Part shown: one piece after another, positions 53,229 through 64,000 of the stretch
Layout: each line of letters opens with the position of its first letter
Position numbering within the stretch: the first letter of the stretch is position 1
Assembly: GCF_032062105.1 (NCBI RefSeq)
Contig: NW_026936265.1
Coordinates: 372,001 to 436,000 of the forward strand
Length of the DNA: 64,000 bases
Reading direction: 5' to 3'
DNA from: Saccostrea cucullata
Lineage: Eukaryota
Notes under the pieces: model-generated
What the model was told of the DNA's origin: nothing
Databases searched by the model: none
What the model saw: only the letters and a program-made list of their open reading frames with translations
Position numbers and translations under genes: made by a program

Positions 53229-56200
53229 CTAAAAATGTAGAAAAAAAATTCTCACTTTGGTTATTTTTTACAACAAATAAAATATCCTTTATATATTACT
53301 ATTTATAAGGCTCAAACTTCTTGGTTGAATTTATTTTACTGCAGAAAGAATTCAAGAAATGATGCATCTTACTTTGGAAAAGCCAATGGGCCATAAGCCT
53401 CATCTGACTTCAAAAGCTCACCTATGTCACAATAATCACCTGACCCACAATGCTCACCTGACTCACAATGTGAACCAAAGTAACAATGCTCACCTGAGTC
53501 ACAATGTGAACCAAAGTAACAATGCTCACCTGAGTCACAATGCTAACCTAAGTCACAGTGCTAACCTAAGTCACAATGTTCACCTGAGTCACAATGCTAA
53601 CCTAAGTCACAATGCTAACCAAAGTCACAATGTTCACCTGAGTCTCAATGCTAACCAAATTCACAATGCTAACCCAAGTCACAATGTTCACCTGAGTCAC
53701 AATGCTAACCAAAGTCACAATGCTAACCCAAGTCACAATGTTCACCTGAGTCACAATGCTAACCAAAGTCACACTTGCTCACCTGAGTCGCAATGTTCAT
53801 CTGAGTCATTTGAGTCACAATGTTCACCTGAGTCACAATGTTCACCTGAGTCACAATGTTCACCTGAGTCACAATGTTCACCTGAGTCACAATGCTAACC
53901 TGAGTCACAATGTTCACCTGACTCACAATGCTAACCTGAGTCACAATGTTCACCTGAGATATAACGCTAACCTGAGTCACGATGCTCACCAAAGCCCCAA
54001 TGCTTACCAAAGCCAGTTCACCTGAGTCACAATGCTAATCAAAGTCACAATGTTCACCTGGGTCATAATGTGCACATGAGTCACAATGCAAACCAAATTC
54101 ACAATGTTCACCTGAGTCACAAGGCTCACCTAAGTCACAATGTGCACCTGAGTCACAATGCTAACCAAAGTCACAATGTTCACCTGAGTCACAATGCTAA
54201 CCTGACTCACAATGTGAACCAAAGTAACAATGCTCACCTGAGTCACAATGCTCACCTATGTCACAATGTTCACCTGAGTCACAATGCTTACCTGAGTCAC
54301 AATGTTTTGAGTCACAAAACTATTCAAAGACATAATGCTTATCTGAGTCATGATGCTCACCTAAGTCACAATCCCAATCAAAGTCACAATGCTCACCTGA
54401 GTCACAATGTTCACATGGGTCATACTGCTCACCTGAGTCACACTGTTAACCAAAGTCACAATGCTAACCTGAGTCACAATGCTAACCTAAGTAACAATGT
54501 TCAACTAAGTCACAATGTTCACCTGAGTTAAAATGCTCACCTGACTCTCATTGCTAACCTTAGTCACAATATCCAATGGAGTCACAATGCTGAGTCACAT
54601 TGCTCACCTGAGACATAATGCTAACCTGAGTCACAATGCTAACCAAAGTCACAGTGTTCACCTGAGTCACAATATTCACCTGAATGACAATGCTAACCAA
54701 AGACACAATGTTCACCTGAGTCACAATGCTAACCAAAGTCACAATGCTAACCTGAGTCACAATGCCCAACTGAGTCATATTGCTTGCCTGAGTCACAATG
54801 CTTTCCAGAGTCACAATGCTTATCAAATTCACAATGCTTAACTGAGTCACAATGCTAACCAAATTTACAATGCTAACCTGAGTCACAATGCTCACTTTGA
54901 ATCACAATGCTTATCAAATTCACGATGCTAACCTGAAACTGAGGTGAGCTCATTTTTATCCAAGTTTCACTATTCCATTATTAACCCCTTTTGAAAAAGC
55001 AAGACTGAGATAAACCAAAAAAAGAGCTTGTCTCAGATTATGGCCCCCGGAGTCTAGTCATAATGCTCTCACTACTAAGTCAGAAACGTTAAATCAAATT
55101 TAGTTCTTTAAATTAATATTAAAGAAAGTCAGGGTGTTAATGTTAATTAAGAAAATATTATAAACTGCTTGTCATATAATAACAATGTAAAAAGGAAAAG
55201 ACCTTGTAAAATTTCATATCTCACTACACGAAGATTTTTTTTAATTTTTTTTTTAATTGCATCTTTTTGACGGTTTTGAAAAGAAAATATTTTTTTTACA
55301 AATATATAAATCGATCAAAGAAGCTTTTTTTCAATCTTTTCTTCTGGACATAGTTAAAAATTATATCAATTAAAGATGATTTTTCAAGGGTATTCTACAT
55401 TTTTGTTAACTTTTTATGTTCCCTGCCCCCCACCCCGACCCCACCCTAGCCTTTGGGGTCTGTTTAAAACAGGGGATTGCTTTAAATTCAATATAAATGT
55501 TGCCACGGCTAAAATATTTTTGAATATTTCCTTTATTCATCAATGTCATTTGTTTACCCGTATTCTAACAATGAACAAATTCATGGAAAAGAAATTCTTT
55601 TACAAGGTAGTGAAATATTCAGAAGTAAAACTTGTGGCCTTTATAATGGCATAGGGTTTACAGCACCAAAATTTTCATAATAAACAAACTAAGAGCTCTG
55701 TTACCCTAAAACAAGTTCAATCTACATGAATTTCTGTTTTTAAACCATTAATCAGAATATTTTGGTGCTAATTATTAGCTAACTGAATACAATCTACACC
55801 TAAAAGCAAACTTTGTTCCACATGCTTTCAATTATTAAAATTTGTTTTATCAGCAATACAAAGCAGAATTTATTATTCATTAACTGATACAAACCTATTT
55901 GTTTTTAACATATTTGTGAGCAAAAATCCTCTTAAAATATGCTTAAGAATCAAAACTAAGTTAATGAGCCAAAAATCAGTTTGAAGTTGCAAAATGTTTC
56001 ATCCTGTGATAAATTGATTGCATTTTGGTTTGAAATTTTTAATGCCCAACAAATAGCATATGAAGAGCATTTAACATTATTTTTTTCTAATTCACAAGAA
56101 TTTCAACATTCCCCAAACTACTTATGCAAGATATATGATTTAATTTTTCTCTTTTACAAAGTAGGCAAAATATCTTACTGTATAGGGGATTAATTTCACG

Positions 56201-59200
56201 GGTTGTAATTTTCACGTTTTTCTCTCATCTGACACGATCGCGGTTTCTTAAATTCGCGGAATAGCTACATGTAAACGACATTCTTCAGCGTTGTTTTTAT
56301 TTCACAAACAACAGGGTAGGTTTATACAAAATTGATAGAATTAATTAATAATTAATTAAAACAAGTGCAGTTATTTAAACGTCAAATGACTTTCCTATAA
56401 GCTATTACGATGAGTGCATGTGCACCCCAGATCTTCAATACAACGTGGCGAAAAACCACTGGACGGAAGTAAATGTGTTTATTAAGTTCGCCGAAATAAT
56501 ATCCTTCCACATCTTCAGTAAGTTCGATGGTTATTTGAATTATTTTTTAAAACCAAAATGTTGATAAAAACTAATATGCATGATAATGCAGGTAACAAAT
56601 ACACGTGGTAAAATTAGTTACGCACGGGTAATCAAAACCCATGGCCCACGTGTTTTGATTGATGAAACATGTAGTGTTGGCTATTAAAACAGCTTTTGAA
56701 CAAACACGAGTTATTATCTGCCGATTTGAATTAAAGTAAAGCGTGATAATTAAAATAATTGAATGACGAGTACTACTCGTAAACTGAAACGACCATGTAC
56801 TGCATGTACATGTATATCAACCTGTCGTAGTCAACCTATCGTAGTCTATTCTTAAATTTCCAAATAAATCATGGAGATTATTGAAAATTTATTCACTGTT
56901 TCTTGAATTCACGGATTTATTAACACCGTGAATATAGCGAATATTAACACCGCGAGTTATTTCCCCCCTATACAGTATTTGATAAAAACATACAAAGTTG
57001 CTATGATCAGTTCACTGCATCTCAATCCTTGTGGTTAGACAGTTTCCTGGTCACCTTATTTTTCATATCAACCAACATTTCACAGGATAAATGTGGCATG
57101 GCAGCAAGGACAAAGAGACAGTAAATACTGAATGATGTCTCTGCAGAAAATTTATTTCTTTTTTAAAATGTTTACACTTCAGCTGTTCAGAAAAGAATGA
57201 AAGTGTCAAAAACTACTACAGGAACTATGGCCATGGTTGTCATATAAATGAACAGCCAAATTAATTTTACCTCTATTCTTATACTACTACATTTTATCTT
57301 TTTGGAGAAATGGGAATTTTCCTTGAGAAGTCAAACATTGGTATAATTCACTTTCAAGATACATCATTTGACAAGATAGAGTTTAGAGTTGACTAATGAA
57401 GGCAATATTGCTTGGGGCAATTACAATGACTAGTCATTATTATGGTAGCTCATCCAAGTCAAAGATACCAGCAGGCAATCTGTATGCTTGTTAAATGTTC
57501 AAATTTTATCTGCATTGCCAGAATCTGTGCACTAATTTCATAAAACAGCTAAAGGAGAATCAAACTTTTTCCATAATGATCTACTTCCTATGAAAAAATG
57601 CAAACTAGAAATAAGTCTGCAGGGTATGAACGTCCCATTTTGTGGTCTAGTTCCAAAGAAATAATATCAGCAAAAGTAATGTAAACTTAAAATGCACAGT
57701 TAAGGTCAAAATATATACAGAGACCTGAGTTGATAATTTAAGGTAGCAGGTCAGAAAGAGATTTCTTGACCAGTTTTCGTGAGCTGAAGCATAATAAAAA
57801 GAATTGAAATGGAAGTTATATATAAGGGCAAGGTCTAAAAATTTTATAGGGTTTTAGAAAGTTGGATCGAGGGCTGAAAATTTAAATCTTAGCTGTTTCT
57901 GAAGTTTGATAAAAATATCTTGAATTTTTTCAACTTAACAAACCCACATCTCAGGAACCAACCAGTAATAACTCCAAAGTACATGACTGTCCCATTCCTG
58001 GTTTATTAGAAATGCCACATTAAAATTTGTCTAGTGTATGAAGTTAGATTAAAATATCTTGAATAGCTTTTTCGCCCCCCCCCCTTTCACTAAAACAAGG
58101 GGACATTAAGTCTCATTCATCTGTCAGTCTGTCTAATTGTCTGTCACAAAATATTAGCCTTAGTCATAACTTTTGAATGAGAAGAAACAGGGTTTTCATA
58201 TTTCACACATATGTTAACTGTGATAAGACCTTTCCAAAACTTAAGATTTTTGACCCTGTGACCTTGACCTTAAAGTTTGACCTACTTTTAAAAATTTTTA
58301 ATATTATTTTAAATTGGTCAAAATTTTTGAAAGAGAAAGATGAGGATTTCATATTAAACAAGTATATAACCTGTAACAAATATATTACCTTTCTAAATAT
58401 AACATGACTTTTGACTGTGTGGCCTTGACCTTGACATTTAACCTACTTTTCAAAAAGGTTATCTTTCCTTGTAATTTTTAATTGAGAAGAAATATGGCTT
58501 ACTTATTTGAATAAAAATTTCTCAGGTTATCTTCTCTAAAATCTAGCTAAACACCTATTATAATTCAAGGTTGAATGAAAGTTCAAAGTCAAAAATGTTG
58601 CTGCAATTGAAAAGCTCTAACCAATATGCATCAGCATACAAAGTTTGATTAAAATACCTATAATACTTTCTTTGAAATTTTGCTTTATACCATTTAGATA
58701 AGTGAGATCAAGGTCAATTTTGGGATTTTGGGGTGGGATCTTATTTTAATTCTTTGCTGAAGGTGCTCAAATACATCCATTTAAATCAAAATTTAGCAAC
58801 ATTGCATTTTCAAAAAGCCTGTGTTTCAAAACCTGGACTCCTAAAAGAAACATTTTTTATAGAGAATAAAAGCATTCTTTTTTACTTTATTTTGATGTTT
58901 TGACTGTAGTGAGTTAATTGAAATATGGACAGGGCCACGTGAACTTAGCTCTTTGCTTGTCATTGAAAAAACTTTTGAAATTCCAAGATCAGCCAAAACT
59001 TGTCGAAATTCTGAAATCAGGTTTTCAACAAGTGTGCAAAGTGTAATAACTCTTACTTATGTGCTACAGAATTTGTATGAAAAAGACCATAGCTTAATCA
59101 TAATTGTGCAAAGTAGTTATTTGACATTCATTTAAAGAGAAGAAATTGTTATTAATATTTTTATGTTTTATTTAAAGAACAAAACTATACTTTTGACAAA

Positions 59201-62200
59201 CTTATGGATGACTTTTCTTTCTTTTTTATATATACATTCTTGTTTATTCAAACAAGATTAAAATTAATAATATGTACATACCCAGCTGAGGGGAGTGCTT
59301 GCTCTCACAGTAGGACTGACACTCCCTGACAAGTATTGGGCGGGTTTTAGGATCACAGCCGCTGGCCAGTTTACCACTGTGATCCCGACAAAGGACAACT
59401 CTGGACTGTCTCCCTCTACCACATTTTGCTGAACACTATAATATTTTCAATATGCTCTTAAATGCCAATCATCAAATGTTATTTTAATTCAATTACCATT
59501 CATCAAATGAAACTGAACTTAATGCTTACCTCATGAATTTTCAAAAAGCAAAACAATTAAAAGCATTCAGACAATGAAGCTGATTTAACTTACAAAGATT
59601 GCTCCCTTGAAAATCTCAAAAGTACTGTAAAAATAAACATCTCCTAGTTGTACAGAAATCAGATGAATGAAATGAATACTATGCACCTTACTGTTGTATA
59701 AAACTCTGCTGAATGCCCTTTGATTGATTGAGTATTGTACAAATGTTCTGACTTGTCCATCACTCACCTTGTCCCACTTGCCTGACGTCCACTTTGGTCC
59801 TGGACACAACTCCCGATTACACTTCTGTACAATGGCCGGCTTTACAGACAAGCCACACCTCTCTCCCGTCAGGTACTTGTTTCTATCACTCGTCATACAC
59901 ATAACGTCTCTTTTCTGTTCTCCCTTGCCACATGTTGTTGAACACTAAAAAAAGAAAACACTCAGTTGTGAGACATTTTCCAAGACAGAAAATGAAATGC
60001 ATATTGAATGAATTGTCATATTTCCGAGAAAAAAAAATCTTTAAAAAAAAATTTGCTAAAAAATTTCCATATCCTTGAGCATTTTCCTCTTTGCTTGGTG
60101 CAAAAGAACCACATTCGTTACCCACTTGGTGTTAAAGCCCACTGAAAACCTACCTTTCCCCACTCCCCGGAGATCCAGACAGGGGGACAGTCCAGCCTCC
60201 TACAGTGACGGTGTGTTCTGGGTTTGGGGAGACTACAGCTGCTGTCTAGGAGGATTGTTTTCTCGTTAAGGCTAAGCACCTGTACACAGATAACGGTCCT
60301 CATTTTCCTTCCTCCCCCACAGGTAACACTGCAGTGAGACCAGTCACCCACCGACCACCTAAAGAAACATAGGTACAGATTTAAATTTTTATTTTGCATT
60401 TTCCACAGTTATTTTATTCTTTCTTGCCACAAATATATATAAAGATCTGTGAGTACTCTTAATAGGCTGTTGTACCTACTAATTTTATTGCACAAAGACT
60501 TGCTATTGACTATACCCTTATAAATTTCTTCATATTCTAAAATGAAAATAGATATACTTAAATTTTTTTTTGATCCCAAAATGGAGATTCAAAAAATGAA
60601 TATGAAAACATTTCCATAGAAATGCACTTTGGCATTTTTTATGCATAATCTTTCATTCACATGTAAACTTACTCTGGTGGGCATGCATTCTGGTTACACG
60701 CCTCTTCTACACTGCCTGGCTTAGCTGCAGAATCACACATGGTCTCTAAAACTCTTGTTTTGTTCTGGACGTTGATACAAACTGGAATGGAGGTCCTTCT
60801 TCCTGACCAAAAGTTAAGCAATGATTCTGACATTGATTTCATAAACATAAGTGAAACACTAACATGACTCAGTCCTCTGATTCCAAGTGAATTAATTCTC
60901 TTCTGAATGTCAGCTTTCTTACCTTTCCCACAGCTACTGGAGCAGGCTGACCAGGACTGGTGCCAGGTAAAGGAAGAGTTCTCTACAGATCCTGTCACAT
61001 TTCTAGGCAGGTTGTATGTGTAAGAGATTCCTTTATTGTCTTCTTGTAATAAAACCTGAAAAATCAGGAAAATAGAAATTATTCTGCAATTTGAAATATT
61101 TGCTAAAGTTAAGAAGTAAAAATTTGATTTTTTTGGTTTTTCTGCTATTGAATGTTAAGTCACATGTATTACAGCTCACATTCAAAACTTTACCCTGGTG
61201 CTCAATCTCTGTAAGGATAAGCAGACAAGCTTATGTCAAAAGTATAAACTGCCTGATACATGATTTATGGTGAAAAAGGGTGCATCAAATAAAATGATAA
61301 GTCCATAGATCTAAATCTGTTACATGTAAGATGCAAAAAACCATTCTACCTACCATGAAAACTAAATCCTCAGTTGTGGGTCCTAGTGAATGTATGACTT
61401 CTGGTTGTCCATCTAGTCGCTCATAATGAAAGACAGTTCCAGCAGCGGAGAATTTCCGGGGCCAATCTACTGTCCAATCACCATTAATGTAGTAAATGTC
61501 AGAAGTGTTCTTCAGTGCTAAAATGGATTTGTAGACTTGAATACTCATACAACACTCAAGTATCCTGATTCAGTTTTTGCAATAACCATCACCATATATT
61601 TTGAAGAGAGCAACTATACACACATACATACCAAGATAGCTCTGAGACTGTACTATTTCTGACACACGTATAAGCATAGCTCCTTTTGGAATGGTTATTA
61701 TTTCATAATATGCTGAAAAAGGAGTAAAAAATATAACAAAGGATAATACAATAATTTTTCATTCAGTGAAAATCATTTCTTATTGGTTGATGAATTCCTT
61801 ACTTCCTGGAGATAGAGCTTTATTAAATGTGCCAGAGACAGTGTAACATGAAGAGTTGTCTCCGTTACAGACTCGGCATTTGTCCTCCACCGCGGTAGAT
61901 CCCAGAATTCCATCACATCCTACCGGCTGTAATGAAGTAACTAAATCAGCTATACAATACTGTTATCAAACAAGAAATGTTTGTAAAACACTTATGCCCC
62001 CCTCCCCCGAATAAATTGGAATTTTTCTAAGTCCAAGGGACATAACTCTGTCAAAACATAGGTAATCAGAGATTACAGAGCTCACCTCAACAAATGTTGT
62101 CTTTCAGTAAGGCAAAGTCACACAATTACCCAACAAAAAGTGTACATCCAAAAATGCAAAATTTATGCAATTTTGATCTGATACTTTGGAATAGACCTAT

Positions 62201-63927
62201 ATAAAACCTTCAAATAGTCCTTTTTCATGAAAATGTAATTAGAATCCAGCATCTGAAGAAAGTTTGAGAGTTTTCATCGCTTGATGCATCATTTGGGCAA
62301 GTTTGGTTTATATAAGCCTTATAGTTTCTTGGTAATAGACCTGCACCCATAACTTTTACCTGGTCCATTATCTGGAAAATGTATGTTGAATTCAGCATCC
62401 GGAGCAAATCCATTAGTGTGCATCCTAAGATGTATCATCCATGCGAGTTTGCACAACATAGGGCTAATAGTTACTTAGAAATGAAACCTGCATAAAAATT
62501 TAACCTCTTCACTCATCCAGACAAAAATGTAGGTCAGATTCAGCATCCAAAGCCAGCCTAGTAGAATGCAACCTTAGAAGTATCATCCATGCAAGTTTGG
62601 TCATTAAAGAGCTCATAGTTACTTGGAAATGAATCCTGTCAAAAACTTAAACCTGTTCTCTCATCCAGAAAATGTAGGTCAGATTCAGCATCTGAAGCAA
62701 GTCTGGTAGTATGCATCCTAAGATGTACCATCCATGCAAGTTTCTTCATTATAGGGCTTATTGTATCTTGAAAATGAAACCTGCACCAAAAACTTAAACA
62801 TGTTCACTCAACCGGAAAATGTAGGTCAGATTCAGCATCAGAAGCAAGCCTGGTAATGTGCATCCTTAGATGTATCATCCATGCAAGTTTGGTCAAAATA
62901 GGGCTTATAGTTACTTGGAAATAAGACCTGCACCAAAACCATTAACCTGTCCACTCAACCAGAAAATGTAGGTCAGATTCAGCATCCGAATCAAGTCTGG
63001 TAGTGTACATCCCTAAATGTATCATCCATGCAAGTTTGGTCAACATAGGGCTTATAGTTACTTGGAAATGAAACCTACACCAAAAACTGCACCAAAAATG
63101 TTAACCTGCTCCAAAAACATTAACCTGGTCATTCCTTTGCTGAAATTGCAGCATCTGAAACTTTGACTGTTACAATGAAACACACTAGAAGCATCTTCCA
63201 TGCATGTCTAATCAATATAGGACATAGAAGTACCTAAAAAGAAAACTGCTCCAAAAAACTTAACCTTAACCTGGGACGCCGACACCGACGCCGAGGGTAT
63301 TACATAAGCTCCCCCAACTTTGTTGAGGTGAGCTAAAAATTGCTCAATTGTACCCAAAACAGAACTTGTCTTGGATATTCTTAGGATAAAACTGTATACC
63401 AAATTTCATTTCAATATACACAATACATATGTATCACAATACATACCAAACACTTGCCATTAATACACATGTCCATTTTGTCAGGGTAACAACGAGTTCC
63501 GTCAATCACCTTACGAGCCTGTTCTGTGTAGAAGTTGAAGCCATCAGCGATACAATGCAGAGCACAGGGCTTGTCATGGGCTGCAATTAATAAAATAATA
63601 ATAACTTACATATGATTATTCTGACAACAAGGAAAACAGAATTTCATTTCTGAATGTTTTGCAAATGATGTATTAATCTAATGTACAAGCACAAGTAAAT
63701 TATGACGTTACACTACACGTATAAGTTATACTGAATAACTAGACAAAATCTGTAAATCTTCATATTAATTCTGTCACCAATAATAAAAGTTTCACTGAGT
63801 AAATTCTACCATACCACTACTCACCACCAGAAAAGGTTTTCCAATTATAGTATCTCCCTCTGAAAGGTTTCTTATTGAAGTCTGCACACTGTAGTTCACG
63901 GAAATCTTTGTCAATGTTTAGACATGT
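53107..63927 (-). CDS. ADAMTS6: ADAMTS6/ADAMTS10-like metalloprotease, 3' part (Cys-rich, spacer, 4 TSP1, PLAC); 5' part outside the window
   Basis: Exons 63927..63825, 63580..63447, 61926..61803, 61712..61632, 61517..61354, 61055..60923, 60802..60673, 60358..60154, 59944..59768, 59435..59282 and 53228..53107; phases consistent. [23 protein letters not shown] and the PLAC motif [20 protein letters not shown] match the ADAMTS6/10 subfamily, probably a co-orthologue of both. The catalytic domain is not visible. Confidence 0.88.
53410..54935. repeat. 18-bp minisatellite, about 85 copies (CACAATG(C/T)T(C/A)ACC(TG/AA)AGT), in the last ADAMTS intron
   Basis: Direct observation. It produces the spurious SHNVHL and IVTQVS repeat ORFs. 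Confidence 0.97.
56178..56975. mobile_element. Tc1/mariner-type MITE with TA TSD
   Basis: TA|CTGTATAGGGG...CCCCTATACAG|TA, with subterminal TTCACG/TTCGCG repeats and no ORF. Confidence 0.85.
58068..58500 (-). mobile_element. Helentron/HINE-type remnant with about two satellite-like monomers
   Basis: Terminal hairpin CCCCTT...AAGGGG and (CTGT)n tract; GACCTTGACCT...TT(G/T/A)ACCTACTTT appears at about 58260 and 58423. Confidence 0.65.
59282..59435 (-). CDS. ADAMTS6: ADAMTS6/10-like exon (TSP1)
   Basis: [16 protein letters not shown]...C; canonical splice sites. Confidence 0.9.
59768..59944 (-). CDS. ADAMTS6: ADAMTS6/10-like exon (TSP1)
   Basis: [16 protein letters not shown]...[13 protein letters not shown]. 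Confidence 0.9.
60154..60358 (-). CDS. ADAMTS6: ADAMTS6/10-like exon (TSP1)
   Basis: [16 protein letters not shown]...[12 protein letters not shown]. Confidence 0.92.
60673..60802 (-). CDS. ADAMTS6: ADAMTS6/10-like exon (TSP1)
   Basis: RRTSIPVC...CNQNACPP. Confidence 0.88.
60923..61055 (-). CDS. ADAMTS6: ADAMTS6/10-like exon (end of spacer, start of TSP1)
   Basis: [14 protein letters not shown]...[10 protein letters not shown]. Confidence 0.9.
61354..61517 (-). CDS. ADAMTS6: ADAMTS6/10-like exon (spacer)
   Basis: [33 protein letters not shown]...[11 protein letters not shown]. Confidence 0.92.
61632..61712 (-). CDS. ADAMTS6: ADAMTS6/10-like exon (spacer)
   Basis: [18 protein letters not shown]...SYL. 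Confidence 0.88.
61803..61926 (-). CDS. ADAMTS6: ADAMTS6/10-like exon (Cys-rich)
   Basis: [27 protein letters not shown]. Confidence 0.92.
61969..63420 (+). mobile_element. Nested non-autonomous Helentron/HINE-type elements: inner about 62056-63339, outer 61969-62055 plus 63340-63420
   Basis: The inner element has a perfect 16-bp subterminal inverted repeat (62079-62094 and 63319-63334), a 3' hairpin, a (GACGCC)n tract, a GAGCTAAAAA end and an internal tandem array. Confidence 0.8.
62230..63270. repeat. Tandem array of a ~147-bp unit, 5 good copies plus degenerate edge copies
   Basis: AAAATGTAGGTCAGATTCAGCATC recurs with anchors at about 62383, 62531, 62676, 62823 and 62970. Confidence 0.92.
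63447..63580 (-). CDS. ADAMTS6: ADAMTS6/10-like exon (Cys-rich)
   Basis: [30 protein letters not shown]...CINGKCL. Confidence 0.92.
63825..63927 (-). CDS. ADAMTS6: ADAMTS6/10-like exon (start of Cys-rich region)
   Basis: [34 protein letters not shown]. Confidence 0.92.
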
Positions 63928-64000
63928 CTGTAAAATGTGAATCAGTTTATAGCATTTATTTAAGCAGATAAACTAACTACAATCTTATAGATTAAGTTCC

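Overview
AT-rich eukaryotic genomic DNA, most likely a bivalve mollusc (oyster-like). The taxon is inferred from the repeat families and is not proven. Three spliced genes, all for extracellular-matrix or secreted proteins, can be rebuilt with GT-AG introns and consistent phases. (1) A secreted protein with two chitin-binding type-2 (CBM14) domains on the minus strand at 6-2298. (2) A complete FREM1-like gene on the plus strand at 27554-50407, with 10 coding exons and about 2146 aa: signal peptide, NV region, CSPG repeats, Calx-beta and C-type lectin. (3) The 3' half of an ADAMTS6/10-like gene on the minus strand at 53107-63927, running off the right edge: Cys-rich region, spacer, four TSP1 repeats and PLAC. 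The non-coding DNA holds decayed Penelope-like (Naiad-type) RT fragments, a tRNA-derived SINE, several MITEs, Helentron/HINE-type elements and tandem repeats. Most short ORFs in the track are noise. No prokaryote-type system is present. The most interesting observations are an ~85-copy 18-bp minisatellite that appears to be an amplified Helentron subterminal motif and creates about 40 AP-1 consensus sites, two nested insertions that can be reconstructed from the window, a structured 3' module shared by five Penelope-like relics, and four packed uORFs before the FREM1 start.
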